A stretch of DNA of 64,000 nt from Clostridia bacterium (GTDB lineage: Bacteria > Bacillota > Clostridia > Christensenellales > UBA1242). Position 1 is the first letter of the stretch. Every line of letters starts with the position of its first letter. Both the position numbers and the translations under genes were made by a program. The stretch lies in assembly GCA_045635805.1 (NCBI GenBank), contig JAZTWI010000001.1:213627-277626 (forward strand), read 5' to 3'. The notes beneath the pieces are model-generated. The model ran no database searches. It was not told where the DNA came from and saw nothing but the letters and a program-made list of their open reading frames with translations. Positions 7,218 through 17,535 of this stretch are shown here, in pieces.

Positions 7218-9809
7218 ATGGAAAAGACATACAATCCAAGTGAATTTGAAGAAAATATATATAAGACATGGCTAGATAAGAAATACTTTGCAGCCAAGAT
7301 TGATAAAAATAAAAAACCTTTTACAATAATTATGCCACCACCAAATATTACTAGTAGATTGCATATGGGACACGCTTTCCAAGAGACAATCCAAGACATA
7401 ATTATTAGAAGAAAGAGAATGCAGGGATATTCTGCATTATGGGTACCTGGTACAGACCACGCAGCCCTTGCTACCGAATATATGCTATGTAAACAATTAG
7501 AGAAAGAAGGTACTAGCAGAGAAGAACTAGGTAGAGAGAAATTTAAAGAAAGAATCACACAATGGTACAAAGAATATAAGGGTACTATCATAGAACAATT
7601 TAAGAGAATGGGTTTCTCTTGTGATTGGGATAGACTAGCATTTACAATGGACGAATGTAATTGTAATGCAGTTAGAAAAGTTTTTGTACACCTATACAAG
7701 AAAGGCTGGGTTTACAAAGGAAAGAGAATAGTTAACTGGTGTCCAAAGTGCAGAAGTTCTATATCTGATGCAGAAGTTGCATTTAAGGACGTTCCTTCTC
7801 ACTTCTGGCATATTAGATACCAAATTGAAGGTACCAATGATTACATTGAGTTGGCAACAACTAGACCTGAGACAATGCTAGGAGATACAGCTGTTGCAGT
7901 TAACCCAAATGATGATAGGTACAAGGCATTAGTTGGCAAAAATGTTGTACTACCACTACTTAATAAACTAATTCCAATTGTGGCAGATGACTATGTAGAG
8001 ATGGATTTTGGAACAGGTGTGGTAAAAATCACTCCTGCACACGACCCTAATGACTTTGAAGTAGGTCTAAGACATAACCTTGAAGTTGTTAAAGTTATCG
8101 GCGATGATGGTGTTATGAACGAAGACGCTGGTATATACGCTGGTCTAACTAGAGAAGAGTGTAGGGAGAAAATAGTTGCTGACCTAAAGGCTAGTGGAAA
8201 CCTAGTTAAAATCGAAGACTATACACACTCAGTAGGTCATTGTGACAGATGTAAATCTATTATTGAACCATTAATTTCTAGTCAATGGTTCGTAAAAATG
8301 GAAGAACTAGCAAAACCTGCTATCGAAGTTGTAGAAAAAGACGAAGTTCGTTTTATGGACGAACAATATAAGAAAACATACCTAAATTGGATGAGAAATA
8401 TCAAAGACTGGTGTGTATCTAGACAAATCTGGTCTGGACACGATATACCTATCTTTGTATGTGATGATTGTGGAGAAGTAATCGTTGAAGAAACCGACCC
8501 AACAGAGTGTCCAAAGTGTCATAGTAAGCACTTAACACAAGAACTAGACAAATTAGACACCTGGTTCTCTAGTGCGTTATGGCCTATTAGTACTTTAGGT
8601 TATCCAAACGATACAGAAGAATTAAAATATTTCTATCCAACCAACGTAATGGTTACAGCTAGAGAAATTATCAACCTTTGGGTTGCTAGAATGATATTCT
8701 CAGGCCTTGAGTATGTAGGTGAAATACCATTTAAAGATATCGTTATCAATGGTATCGTAAAAGATGCTGAAGGTAAGAAAATGAGTAAAACTCTAGGTAA
8801 TGGTACAGACCCTATTGAGATGATTGAGAAATATGGTGTTGACGCTCTAAGATTTAGTTTATTTGATGGAGTTGCTATTCAATCTGACTCTAGATTCTCA
8901 GAGAAAAAGGTAGAACTTACTAGAAACTTTATCAATAAGATTTGGAATGCTTCTAGATATGTTCAAATGCAAATAGAAGGGGTAAATATCAAACCTGTAA
9001 CAGAGTGCGAGTTGACTATTGCTGATAAGTGGATTTTAAATGAACTCAATAAGACTATTGAGAGTGTTGATAAGAAGTTTGAAAAATACGATATCGGTAT
9101 GGCAGCTAGTGAGCTAAATGATTTCTTCTGGACTAAGTTCTGTGACTGGTATATTGAGCTTAGTAAATGTGATATGGAAGAACACAAAGAGTCTACATGT
9201 TCAGTACTAGTTTATGTACTAACTCAGACACTTAAACTACTTCATCCATTTATTCCATTTGTTACAGAGAAAATCTATCTAGAATTACCAGGTCACGATG
9301 AGAGTATTATGATATCTAAGTGGCCAGAAGTTGTAGATATTGACCTTAGTGGCGTTGATATTATGGAAGAAACTATGACTGCCATTAGAACTATTAGAAA
9401 TACTAGAGCAGAAAAGAAAGTTCCAGATAATAAGAAAATCGCTGCAGAAGTAATGATTAAGGAAAATGCAGAGACATTAAGACCAGCGCTTAAATACATT
9501 TGTAAATTATCTACTTTAAGCGAAATTACAGAGAAGGGCAACAAAGAGTTCTCTGCAAATGCTGTTCAACATACATTTGAAGATTTAGTTATTAATCTTC
9601 CATTAGATAGTATGGTTGATAGTGCTGCAGAAAAAGAAAGAATTGCAAAAGAAATTGCTAGACTAGTATCTGAAATTGAGAGAAGTGAAAGAATGCTAGG
9701 TAACCCAGGATTTGTAGCCAAAGCACCAGAAACACTTATCAATGCAGAGAAAGAAAAACTAGAGAAAAATAAAGCCCTAAAAGCAGAACTTGAAGCTAGT
9801 AATAAATAG
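7218..9809 (+). CDS. valS: valine--tRNA ligase
   Basis: 863 aa with HIGH region (PPPNITSRLHMGHA), KMSKS (KMSKTLGN) and a C-terminal coiled coil. Confidence 0.95.
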   Translation: MEKTYNPSEFEENIYKTWLDKKYFAAKIDKNKKPFTIIMPPPNITSRLHMGHAFQETIQDIIIRRKRMQGYSALWVPGTDHAALATEYMLCKQLEKEGTSREELGREKFKERITQWYKEYKGTIIEQFKRMGFSCDWDRLAFTMDECNCNAVRKVFVHLYKKGWVYKGKRIVNWCPKCRSSISDAEVAFKDVPSHFWHIRYQIEGTNDYIELATTRPETMLGDTAVAVNPNDDRYKALVGKNVVLPLLNKLIPIVADDYVEMDFGTGVVKITPAHDPNDFEVGLRHNLEVVKVIGDDGVMNEDAGIYAGLTREECREKIVADLKASGNLVKIEDYTHSVGHCDRCKSIIEPLISSQWFVKMEELAKPAIEVVEKDEVRFMDEQYKKTYLNWMRNIKDWCVSRQIWSGHDIPIFVCDDCGEVIVEETDPTECPKCHSKHLTQELDKLDTWFSSALWPISTLGYPNDTEELKYFYPTNVMVTAREIINLWVARMIFSGLEYVGEIPFKDIVINGIVKDAEGKKMSKTLGNGTDPIEMIEKYGVDALRFSLFDGVAIQSDSRFSEKKVELTRNFINKIWNASRYVQMQIEGVNIKPVTECELTIADKWILNELNKTIESVDKKFEKYDIGMAASELNDFFWTKFCDWYIELSKCDMEEHKESTCSVLVYVLTQTLKLLHPFIPFVTEKIYLELPGHDESIMISKWPEVVDIDLSGVDIMEETMTAIRTIRNTRAEKKVPDNKKIAAEVMIKENAETLRPALKYICKLSTLSEITEKGNKEFSANAVQHTFEDLVINLPLDSMVDSAAEKERIAKEIARLVSEIERSERMLGNPGFVAKAPETLINAEKEKLEKNKALKAELEASNK

Positions 9810-9810
9810 T

Positions 9811-9850
9811 AAAAGAAAAAGACTTATGCAAATATCATAAGTCTTTTTTT
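9811..9850. terminator. bidirectional Rho-independent terminator
   Basis: AAGACTTATG-7 nt-CATAAGTCTT flanked by an A run and a T run, between convergent valS and the TSCPD gene. Confidence 0.8.
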
Positions 9851-9863
9851 GTTGCTTATTAAA

Positions 9864-10106
9864 TTAATTTTCTTGATATTCTTTTAATGCTCTAGCTAGT
9901 TGGTCTGGGCATGATGTACCATTTCTACATTGAATACCAGATAGTCTATCAATTGCGTCATTTACAGACATTCCTATTACTAGTCTACTGATACCTTGTG
10001 TATTGCCTGTACAGCCACCAACAAATTCGCACTTGGTGATTACATTATTTTCAACTTCAAAGTTGATTTTTCTAGAACATACTGATTTTGGTATATATGT
10101 TTGCAT
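9864..10106 (-). CDS. TSCPD-domain protein (TIGR03905 family)
   Basis: 80 aa with GGCTGNTQGISRL and TSCPDQLA motifs. Confidence 0.8.
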   Translation of the reverse strand: MQTYIPKSVCSRKINFEVENNVITKCEFVGGCTGNTQGISRLVIGMSVNDAIDRLSGIQCRNGTSCPDQLARALKEYQEN

Positions 10107-10115
10107 TGTCGTCTC

Positions 10116-10652
10116 CTAACTATCTAAGAAATTATCGTAGATGAATTCATATACTTTAGGTGCTTTGTCAGTCCATTTTTTACTAGCTTCTACTGCAGAG
10201 TGACGAGTAGGGGTTTTTAGCTTAATCTCAAGTAAAGAACTAGACAGCATTGATTCTTTGATTTTAAATGAAACTGTATATGTGCCATCTTTATTTTTAG
10301 TGTAGTCTGCCACATATTCTTGAATTTTCTTATAGTTCATTCTGTTTTCTTGGGCGTAACTAATGATTTTGTCTCTAATATCTTTAGGAATTCTAAAATA
10401 GAAATGAGCAAGACAACTTCTGCCATCAAGGGTGATACTATATCTAGACTCTTCGTTCTCAACCGGCATCTCAATTATAAATCCTACTTGTAATAGTTCA
10501 ATCATTGCTTCCTTTAGGTCTAGGTAAGTAAGCCAAGTATTTCTACTAGTACAGATATCAATTAGGTTGTTTTCGGTCAAAGGTATCTCCATCTGTTCTA
10601 GTAGGTATAGCAATTTAATCTTTTGTATAGTATTGTCCTGGTGAAATTCCAT
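10116..10652 (-). CDS. DUF4364-family protein
   Basis: 178 aa. The N-terminal KLLYLL...PLT..L pattern and the usual Clostridia pairing with the TSCPD gene support this call. Confidence 0.55.
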   Translation of the reverse strand: MEFHQDNTIQKIKLLYLLEQMEIPLTENNLIDICTSRNTWLTYLDLKEAMIELLQVGFIIEMPVENEESRYSITLDGRSCLAHFYFRIPKDIRDKIISYAQENRMNYKKIQEYVADYTKNKDGTYTVSFKIKESMLSSSLLEIKLKTPTRHSAVEASKKWTDKAPKVYEFIYDNFLDS

Positions 10653-10864
10653 TTCTGCTCCTAAAATCTTTTGTATATACTAATCTAGAGATATATTAGC
10701 ACAAAATTTACTTTTTATTAAGCAATTTTTTAACTTTTTAGATTTTTTAATAAATTAAAAGAAATTCTTTTATTTGTGCATAACTTAAAAAAAATAAAAT
10801 GAATATTATTTTATTTGATAAAAAAACTAAATTATACTACAATAAACTATATGGGAGTGTGCAT

Positions 10865-11641
10865 ATGGTAATTACTGAAGAAGAAAAAAATAATATATTA
10901 GAATTTTTCGCTGCCTGTGATGAGATGATAGAAGGTAGATTTCTTTTGTCAGACACTAAGGTATCTAATATTCTAAAATGTATTGTAAAGAGTGAGATTC
11001 TCTATAGTCTTTATTCTAAGTGTATGCAGGGGTTTAAATTTTCTAACGTATTAGAATTGTCTAAAGCAGACAATCCAGACAATGGTGGATTCTTTACATT
11101 AATAGATGGAGATAAAAATGTTGTTGCATTTGTAACTTGCTTACTACTAGAAGTAGATAAGAAGAATATTAATTTGCAGACATTTATAACTGAGAATTTC
11201 TTTAATGCAGATGGATACAATATTAGTTATAATAACTTTGCATTAACTGTACTAGTATCATATAAAAATGCTGTTAAGAGACTTATTGGTATTGATGAGC
11301 AGGGTAATGCTCTAGAGTACGAAGAAGAGACTGAGCAGATATCTTTTGAAGGGGAAGAAGAGAAAGTAGAAGCAGACCAAAATACTAAGATTTTATTTGC
11401 AAATCTACTTATGAATATTACAGAACTTCAGAATCTTATTAACGATGATTATAAATTAAAATATGCAGAGAAGGAAGAATTACTAATAGTACTCAAGGCT
11501 CTTCATAAGGCTGTGCATATGGAAGAATTACTTATCATAAATGCACTACTTGTTCCACTAGAGCATTCGCTAATTAAGAATAAAAAGTGCAAAAATACTT
11601 ATGAGCAAATCAAGGTTTTAATTGCAAGTATATATTATTAA
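10865..11641 (+). CDS. hypothetical acidic protein
   Basis: ATG 10865 has GGGAG 7 nt upstream; the track start 10799 has no RBS. No recognisable motif. Confidence 0.5.
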   Translation: MVITEEEKNNILEFFAACDEMIEGRFLLSDTKVSNILKCIVKSEILYSLYSKCMQGFKFSNVLELSKADNPDNGGFFTLIDGDKNVVAFVTCLLLEVDKKNINLQTFITENFFNADGYNISYNNFALTVLVSYKNAVKRLIGIDEQGNALEYEEETEQISFEGEEEKVEADQNTKILFANLLMNITELQNLINDDYKLKYAEKEELLIVLKALHKAVHMEELLIINALLVPLEHSLIKNKKCKNTYEQIKVLIASIYY

Positions 11642-11669
11642 AAACACCAGCATTTATGCTGGTTTTTTT
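11641..11669. terminator. bidirectional terminator
   Basis: ACCAGCA-TTTA-TGCTGGT flanked by an A run and a T7 run. Confidence 0.75.
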
Positions 11670-12648
11670 ATACTATGCATAGTAGTAAAAATGAGACAAA
11701 GGTCGATAGTATTGAGTGTGTTACTTTCTGAAGAAAAAACTTATAGTAAGGCATCTCAAAGTCCTGCAAATAACTATATGCTTGAGCGTGTATACTGAGT
11801 CCACCAAATGATACTAGTGCTGTGGAAATTATAGTTGCAGACATTAATGATATCTGTGCGTGACTTAGCATAATTTCACCGGTTGTAACTTCGAGTATGC
11901 CAGACAGTACACTGAGTGATATGTTTCTATTAATGCTTATTTTTTCTAGTATGAAGAGTAGTGGTGAGAAAAGGTCTAGAGTGATTACTAGGTCTGCTAT
12001 CATATAAAATAATGCAATGAAAACGCCGATATTTAGTATTGCTGTAATACTAGACGACACTGCACTGACTAGTATGTTTTGATTGTCTTTTGTATGGCTA
12101 TGGGTTACGATTTCTCTTCCTTGTTCTCTGCATCTATACAGTAGTCCATTTAGTAGTGCTCCTGCGTAGTGAGAAACTAGAACTATTATACCGAGTCTGC
12201 TACTACTAAATAATGCTATACCTATAGTGCCGATTATAAATAGTGGACCTGATGTGGAAGTAAAGGCTGTGATTGTGTGGGCTTGTCCTTTTGTTATTCT
12301 TCCGTCTTTATAGAGTTCACTAGTGATTTTTGCACCCATGGGGTAGCCTGAAATTATACTCATTAGGTATATGTAACCACCATATCCATCTATACCATAC
12401 AGTTTCTTTGTGATTGGTGTTAATTTTTTCGAAATATATGGAATAAAATTAGTAGAAGACAATAATTTGGTTAAAATAAAAAAAGGAAGCAGGGACGGAA
12501 GTACTTTTGTTGCCCAAACAGAGATTCCGTCATAGAAACTATTTATAGAATTGCGTGGCAATATTACTATTAGTGTGATGGCCGATAGTAGCAGTAGTGT
12601 ATATAATAGTTCTAGATAATAGTATTTTTTTGTTTTAATTTTATTCAT
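11668..12648 (-). CDS. ylbJ: YlbJ-like sporulation integral membrane protein (nucleoside-recognition/Gate domain)
   Basis: 326 aa, polytopic, with motifs VLPSLLPFFILTKLL and SGYPMGAK. Synteny with ylbK-like and ylbM genes matches B. subtilis. Confidence 0.6.
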   Translation of the reverse strand: MNKIKTKKYYYLELLYTLLLLSAITLIVILPRNSINSFYDGISVWATKVLPSLLPFFILTKLLSSTNFIPYISKKLTPITKKLYGIDGYGGYIYLMSIISGYPMGAKITSELYKDGRITKGQAHTITAFTSTSGPLFIIGTIGIALFSSSRLGIIVLVSHYAGALLNGLLYRCREQGREIVTHSHTKDNQNILVSAVSSSITAILNIGVFIALFYMIADLVITLDLFSPLLFILEKISINRNISLSVLSGILEVTTGEIMLSHAQISLMSATIISTALVSFGGLSIHAQAYSYLQDFEMPYYKFFLQKVTHSILSTFVSFLLLCIV

Positions 12649-12708
12649 TATATATTAAAATATGTGTAAGAAGGTCTGTTTAGAACAGAGCAAAGAAGGT
12701 AATATTGT

Positions 12709-13485
12709 ATGAAAAAGAAAAAGGTAGCACTTGTACTTAGTGGTGGTGCAGCACTTGGTTTTGCACACATCGGAGTGATTAGGGTACTTGAAAAATATGG
12801 AATACATATTGATATGGTTGTGGGTACTAGTATGGGTGGTTTAGTTGCTGCAGCCTATGCTGTGGGGCTCAGTGCTGATGAAATGACAGAATTTGCTTGT
12901 AAATTTAAAAATATTCATTTTGTAGACGTGAACTTTGACTCTAGTGGTATATTCTCAGGTAAGGGTATGATGAGAAATATCAATAAATTTATTCCCGATA
13001 TTAGGATAGAAGAACTAGACAAAAAGTTTGCTTGTGTTGCTTTTGATTTAATTACAGAGAAAGAGTATGTTTTTAAGTCAGGCAAACTAAGAGACGCTGT
13101 TAGGTCTACAATTTCTATACCAGGATTTTTTACTCCACATAAAGTTGGTAAAAATATATTAGTTGATGGTGGAATAATCAATAATATGCCCGAGTCAGTT
13201 GCAAAAGAAATGGGCGCAGATATTATTATTTCTTGTGATGTTTTGCATTGTTGTAGATTAGAAAAAGCTCCAGAAGGCTTAGTTAGTACCATAATGGCAA
13301 CAATGAATGCCGTGACTAGAATTGCTCAGAAGAGCAAAGAAAAGATAGGAGATATAGTACTGACTCCAGATACTAGGGACTTGGGTCAAATGTCGTTTAG
13401 CAAGAAGACTGCTCTAAAGGCAATCGAAGAAGGTGAAAAAGAAACCGAAAAGAGAATAAAGGAAATAAAGAAACTATTGGAGTAA
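12709..13485 (+). CDS. patatin-like phospholipase (YlbK-like)
   Basis: GGAALG oxyanion motif, GTSMG nucleophile elbow (GxSxG) and VDGG catalytic Asp motif. Confidence 0.85.
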   Translation: MKKKKVALVLSGGAALGFAHIGVIRVLEKYGIHIDMVVGTSMGGLVAAAYAVGLSADEMTEFACKFKNIHFVDVNFDSSGIFSGKGMMRNINKFIPDIRIEELDKKFACVAFDLITEKEYVFKSGKLRDAVRSTISIPGFFTPHKVGKNILVDGGIINNMPESVAKEMGADIIISCDVLHCCRLEKAPEGLVSTIMATMNAVTRIAQKSKEKIGDIVLTPDTRDLGQMSFSKKTALKAIEEGEKETEKRIKEIKKLLE

Positions 13486-13516
13486 AAAATAAAGCCTGTG
13501 AAGGGCTTTATTTTTT
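13484..13516. terminator. bidirectional terminator
   Basis: AAAGCC-7 nt-GGCTTT extended by A/T pairs, with an A run and a T run on either side. It overlaps the tmcAL stop codon. Confidence 0.6.
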
Positions 13517-14770
13517 ATCGTATTTAATTGTTTGTGTGTATAGGTCAGGGGCAAACTTAGGTATTTGTTTGTCTTTTCTAAGTAGCATATTGTATACAGC
13601 GTTTGCTCTGTCTTCTATACTTGCTAGTTTCTTATATGTTTCGCTAGGGTCTTTTACGACATTGCTATTTCTAATGATAATATTAGTATTGGCACTAACA
13701 GAAGATAGTAGGTCTTGTTTACCTGCATTAAATGCAAGGACCTTAATAAATGGAAGTTTATCCATTTTATAGATTTGAGCGATGATATCTTTGTCTATCT
13801 TAAGTAGTAGTCTAAGAACTATTCTTTTTAGTCTAGTAAAGGTATATCTTTTAGTCTTTACAGCAAGTAAAATATCTGTAAAGTCCTTGTATTTTTGCGC
13901 TTGTTCTATAAATCTATTTTCTATACCTTCGCTAACATCGTAGATATTCTTGATGTCTTCTGGAGAACTAGTCTTTAATGCATAAGAACATAAATCATTA
14001 TATAATTGCATATCTGCTAGTCCATATCTATCAATATCTTGCTTGAGTAGGTCGTATGTAAATGAAGGAACTAGTTTCTTGATTGATTTTACTTTGCCTT
14101 TTTGTAGAAGTCTAGTTCTAATAGCAGTTGCACTAGAGTCTTTGCCATTTAGGTCGATTGAATTGTAGTCGCTATTGCTTCTAGTTGTAAATACAGGCTC
14201 AATCTTACTCTTTGTTTTGTACAGTGCTTTTAGGTACTCTATTGCTAGGATATTATTAGGCTTAGATAGGATATTGATAGTCTCAGTGATTTCACTAAAT
14301 TCTACTTTGTCTTCCTTGATTAATTCTTCGATGGCCTTTTGTCTACTGATAGGTAGGGAATTTCCTTCGCCTAAGAATTTCTTTAGTTTGTCCTTGTAGT
14401 CCTTTGTTTCATTAGAGAAGAACCTTGCGATTTCTTTAAGTAATTCAAAGTTCTCGGTCTCGCAACCAAAGGCAATGTGTGTAACATCAGGGAAGGAATT
14501 AGCAATCTTTACACCAGCCATAGCGAATACTTCAGCCGAACTACAGCAGTATGCTGTAGGAATTTGAACCACAATGTCGGCATTGGCTTCTAGTGCCATT
14601 CTGGCTCTTACATATTTATTAGTAATAGCAGGTTCACCCCTTTGTGTAAAGTTTCCTGCTTGTATACACATTACTGTATCACAACCACTTAGTTCTTTGG
14701 CCTTCTGAATATGATATAGGTGACCATAATGTAGTGGGTTATATTCACAAATTATTGCACAGATTTTCAT
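13508..14770 (-). CDS. tmcAL: tRNA(Met) cytidine acetate ligase (YlbM/DUF795 nucleotidyltransferase)
   Basis: N-terminal CEYNPLHYGHLYH nucleotidyltransferase motif; 420 aa. Confidence 0.8.
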   Translation of the reverse strand: MKICAIICEYNPLHYGHLYHIQKAKELSGCDTVMCIQAGNFTQRGEPAITNKYVRARMALEANADIVVQIPTAYCCSSAEVFAMAGVKIANSFPDVTHIAFGCETENFELLKEIARFFSNETKDYKDKLKKFLGEGNSLPISRQKAIEELIKEDKVEFSEITETINILSKPNNILAIEYLKALYKTKSKIEPVFTTRSNSDYNSIDLNGKDSSATAIRTRLLQKGKVKSIKKLVPSFTYDLLKQDIDRYGLADMQLYNDLCSYALKTSSPEDIKNIYDVSEGIENRFIEQAQKYKDFTDILLAVKTKRYTFTRLKRIVLRLLLKIDKDIIAQIYKMDKLPFIKVLAFNAGKQDLLSSVSANTNIIIRNSNVVKDPSETYKKLASIEDRANAVYNMLLRKDKQIPKFAPDLYTQTIKYDKK

Positions 14771-14924
14771 AGTAACTCCATTAATTTCTTTACATTTTCT
14801 TTATTTTCTAGTAAACTAGCCTAGAGTCAAGAATATGTTAGTGTGATTTAATAAAAAAACACTCTATGAGTGGAAATATTATACAACATATTTCGCTTTA
14901 ACACAAATAAATAAAGGAAATTTT

Positions 14925-15920
14925 ATGGGAAAGACAAGTAATATAGAACAAAGATGGCTAGAATCAGCTAGAGAGCTCAATAAAACTATAGTTCTACCAG
15001 AAGCAGGATTTAGTGATAGAGTAACCAAGGCTGGAATAGAGGCTGCAGAACAAAAAATATGTAAAGTTATTCTTCTTGTGAGTGACGATAAAGAATTAGA
15101 GAGCTATAATATTGTAGAAAACGACTATCTAAAAGTTATCAATGTTAAAACGCACGAGTGTAGAGAAATGTTAGTATCTGCTCTTTATGAAAAGAGAAAA
15201 GAGAAAGGTTTAGATATGGCAGGGGCAAATAAACTAATTGATAACCCTGTATACTTTGGAACAATGATGGTAGATTTATCTCTAGCAGATGGACTAGTTG
15301 CTGGTGCTGAGATTGCTACAGCAGAGACATTTAAACCTGCTTTCCAGATTATTAAAGGTAAAACTAAAGAGACCAAAATTTCTAGTTTCTTTGTAATGGT
15401 TAGAGAGTATGAAGGCGAAGAGCAAGTATACTTACTTAGCGACTGTGGTGTAAATATTGACCCAACTCTAGATGAAGTAGTTGAGATTGCTAAATTTACC
15501 GCAGAGTCTGCTAGAACTATCGGCTTTATCAAAGAGCCAAAGGTAGCACTTCTATCTTATTCTACTAAGGGTAGTGCAGATGGTGAAGATGCAGAAAAAA
15601 TGAGAAAAGCAAAAGAAATACTAGATACAATGGAAACAGACTTTGTATACGATGGTGAGATGCAATTAGACTGTGCTATTGTTCCATCAGTAGCAGCATT
15701 AAAAGCACCAAATAGCCCTATAAAGGGTGATGCTAATGTATTTGTATTCCCAAATCTATCTGCTGGTAATATTGGTTACAAATTAATGCAGAGATTTGGT
15801 GGGTTCAAGGCTTATGGTCCTATCGCTCAAGGTATGAGAAAGCCTATCAATGATGTTAGCCGTGGTGCAACAGTTAATGATATTGTTCAAGCAATCGCAA
15901 TCACAGTATTGCAGGATTAA
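14925..15920 (+). CDS. pta: phosphate acetyltransferase
   Basis: 331 aa with IVLPEAGFSDRV, SDCGVNIDP and VFVFPNLSAGNIGYK motifs. Confidence 0.9.
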   Translation: MGKTSNIEQRWLESARELNKTIVLPEAGFSDRVTKAGIEAAEQKICKVILLVSDDKELESYNIVENDYLKVINVKTHECREMLVSALYEKRKEKGLDMAGANKLIDNPVYFGTMMVDLSLADGLVAGAEIATAETFKPAFQIIKGKTKETKISSFFVMVREYEGEEQVYLLSDCGVNIDPTLDEVVEIAKFTAESARTIGFIKEPKVALLSYSTKGSADGEDAEKMRKAKEILDTMETDFVYDGEMQLDCAIVPSVAALKAPNSPIKGDANVFVFPNLSAGNIGYKLMQRFGGFKAYGPIAQGMRKPINDVSRGATVNDIVQAIAITVLQD

Positions 15921-15939
15921 TATATTTAGGAGAAAAACA

Positions 15940-17142
15940 ATGAAGGTATTAGTTATAAACGCAGGTAGCAGTTCTTTAAAATTCCAATTGATTGATATGG
16001 AGAATAAATCTGTTATCGCTAAAGGTAATGTAGAGAGAATTAATGAAGGTGCATCTTTCTTAAAGTATAAAGCAAAAGGTCAAGAGACTAAATATGATAA
16101 AGATATCAAGAACCACGCACAAGCTCTAGAGCTAGTTATTGAGAAATTACTAGATGAGAACGTAGGTGTTGTTAGTAGTCTAGACGAAATCGGTGCATTT
16201 GGTCATAGAGTAGTAAACGTAGGTGAAGAGTACTTTGATAGTACACTAGTTACTCCAGAAGTTCTAGAAGATTTCCGTCACAAAGTGGATTTTTCTCCAC
16301 TTCACGTTCCAGGAGCAATTGCAGGTATTGAAGGAGCTATGGCTACTTGTCCAGGAAAGCCAAATGTAGCAGTATTTGATATTGGTTTCCATAAGTCAAT
16401 TCCAGAATATGTATATAGATATGCTATTCCAAAAAGATATTATGATGATTACAAAATCAGAAGATATGGTGCTCACGGAACTAGTCACTATTTCGTAACA
16501 CAGAAATGTGCAGAGATTTTAGGTAAGAGACCAGAAGATGTTAATATCGTTACATGTCATATCGGTAGTGGTGCTAGTATTACTGCTGTTAAAAATGGTA
16601 AAAGTTTCGATACATCTATGGGATTCACTCCACTAGAAGGAATTATGATGAATACTAGATGTGGAGATATTGACCCAGCTGTTGTAGAGTATATCTGCAA
16701 TAAAGAAGGCAAAACTGCTAGTGAAGTAGTAAGAATGTTTAATAAAGAGAGTGGACTACTTGGAGCTATCGGTACAGGTATGGCTGATATGAGAGATATC
16801 ACTGCAAATTTATCTGACCCTAATGTAAAAATGGCATTTGATATGTACTGCCATAGAATTAAAAAATACATCTGTGGTTACATCGGAGTACTTGGTGGTG
16901 TAGACGCTATCGTATTTACTGCAGGTTGTGGTGAGCATACTCCAGAACTTAGAGAAGCGGTTACAGAAAATCTTGGCTTTATGGGTATATCTGTTGATAC
17001 AGAGAAAAATAACAACGCTCCTAGGGGTGAGATTGCTGATATTAGTTCTGTTGATTCAAAAGTTAAAGTATTCATTATTCCTACCGATGAAGAAATGGTA
17101 ATTGCAGAAGAAACAGTAAAAACAATAAATAATTTGAAATAA
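15940..17142 (+). CDS. ackA: acetate kinase
   Basis: MKVLVINAGSSSLKFQL N-terminus after a GGAG RBS. The track start 15850 overlaps pta and is an artefactual extension. Confidence 0.95.
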   Translation: MKVLVINAGSSSLKFQLIDMENKSVIAKGNVERINEGASFLKYKAKGQETKYDKDIKNHAQALELVIEKLLDENVGVVSSLDEIGAFGHRVVNVGEEYFDSTLVTPEVLEDFRHKVDFSPLHVPGAIAGIEGAMATCPGKPNVAVFDIGFHKSIPEYVYRYAIPKRYYDDYKIRRYGAHGTSHYFVTQKCAEILGKRPEDVNIVTCHIGSGASITAVKNGKSFDTSMGFTPLEGIMMNTRCGDIDPAVVEYICNKEGKTASEVVRMFNKESGLLGAIGTGMADMRDITANLSDPNVKMAFDMYCHRIKKYICGYIGVLGGVDAIVFTAGCGEHTPELREAVTENLGFMGISVDTEKNNNAPRGEIADISSVDSKVKVFIIPTDEEMVIAEETVKTINNLK

Positions 17143-17157
17143 TTTGATAAATACTAA

Positions 17158-17186
17158 TTGACAAATGAAGTTTTTTAGCATATAAT
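17158..17186 (+). promoter_or_regulatory. sigma-A promoter of rpmF
   Basis: TTGACA-17 nt-TATAAT, perfect consensus hexamers. Confidence 0.6.
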
Positions 17187-17217
17187 AGCATAGCAAAATG
17201 AAGTTAGGAGGTGCAGT

Positions 17218-17418
17218 ATGGCTATCGTACCAAAGGGTAAAGTTTCAAAAGCAAGGCGTAATTCCAGAAAAGCAAATTGGAAAATTTCAACACCTTCTAT
17301 TGTTGAATGTCCACATTGTCACGAAATGAAAGCAAACCACAGAGTATGTAAGAAATGTGGTTACTACGACGGTGAACAAAAAGTAGTTGTAGAGAAAGAA
17401 AAGAAAGAAACTAAGTAA
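17218..17418 (+). CDS. rpmF: 50S ribosomal protein L32 (zinc-ribbon form)
   Basis: MAIVPKGKVSKARRNSRKANW plus CPHC...CKKC. Confidence 0.9.
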   Translation: MAIVPKGKVSKARRNSRKANWKISTPSIVECPHCHEMKANHRVCKKCGYYDGEQKVVVEKEKKETK

Positions 17419-17441
17419 TTTATAGTTTTTGGATTTATAAA

Positions 17442-17468
17442 ATACAGGATTTATCCTGTATTTTTTTT
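17442..17468 (+). terminator. Rho-independent terminator after rpmF
   Basis: ATACAGGA-TTTA-TCCTGTAT followed by T8. Confidence 0.8.
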
Positions 17469-17479
17469 ATATTTGGGTA

Positions 17480-17508
17480 TTGAAATATGTGTAGTGCTAT
17501 GATATAAT
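17480..17508 (+). promoter_or_regulatory. sigma-A promoter of small membrane protein A
   Basis: TTGAAA-17 nt-TATAAT. Shares the GTATTGAAAT -35 context with the promoter at 18174. Confidence 0.55.
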
Positions 17509-17535
17509 CAAGAAATGTATTAGGGGAATAGTATT

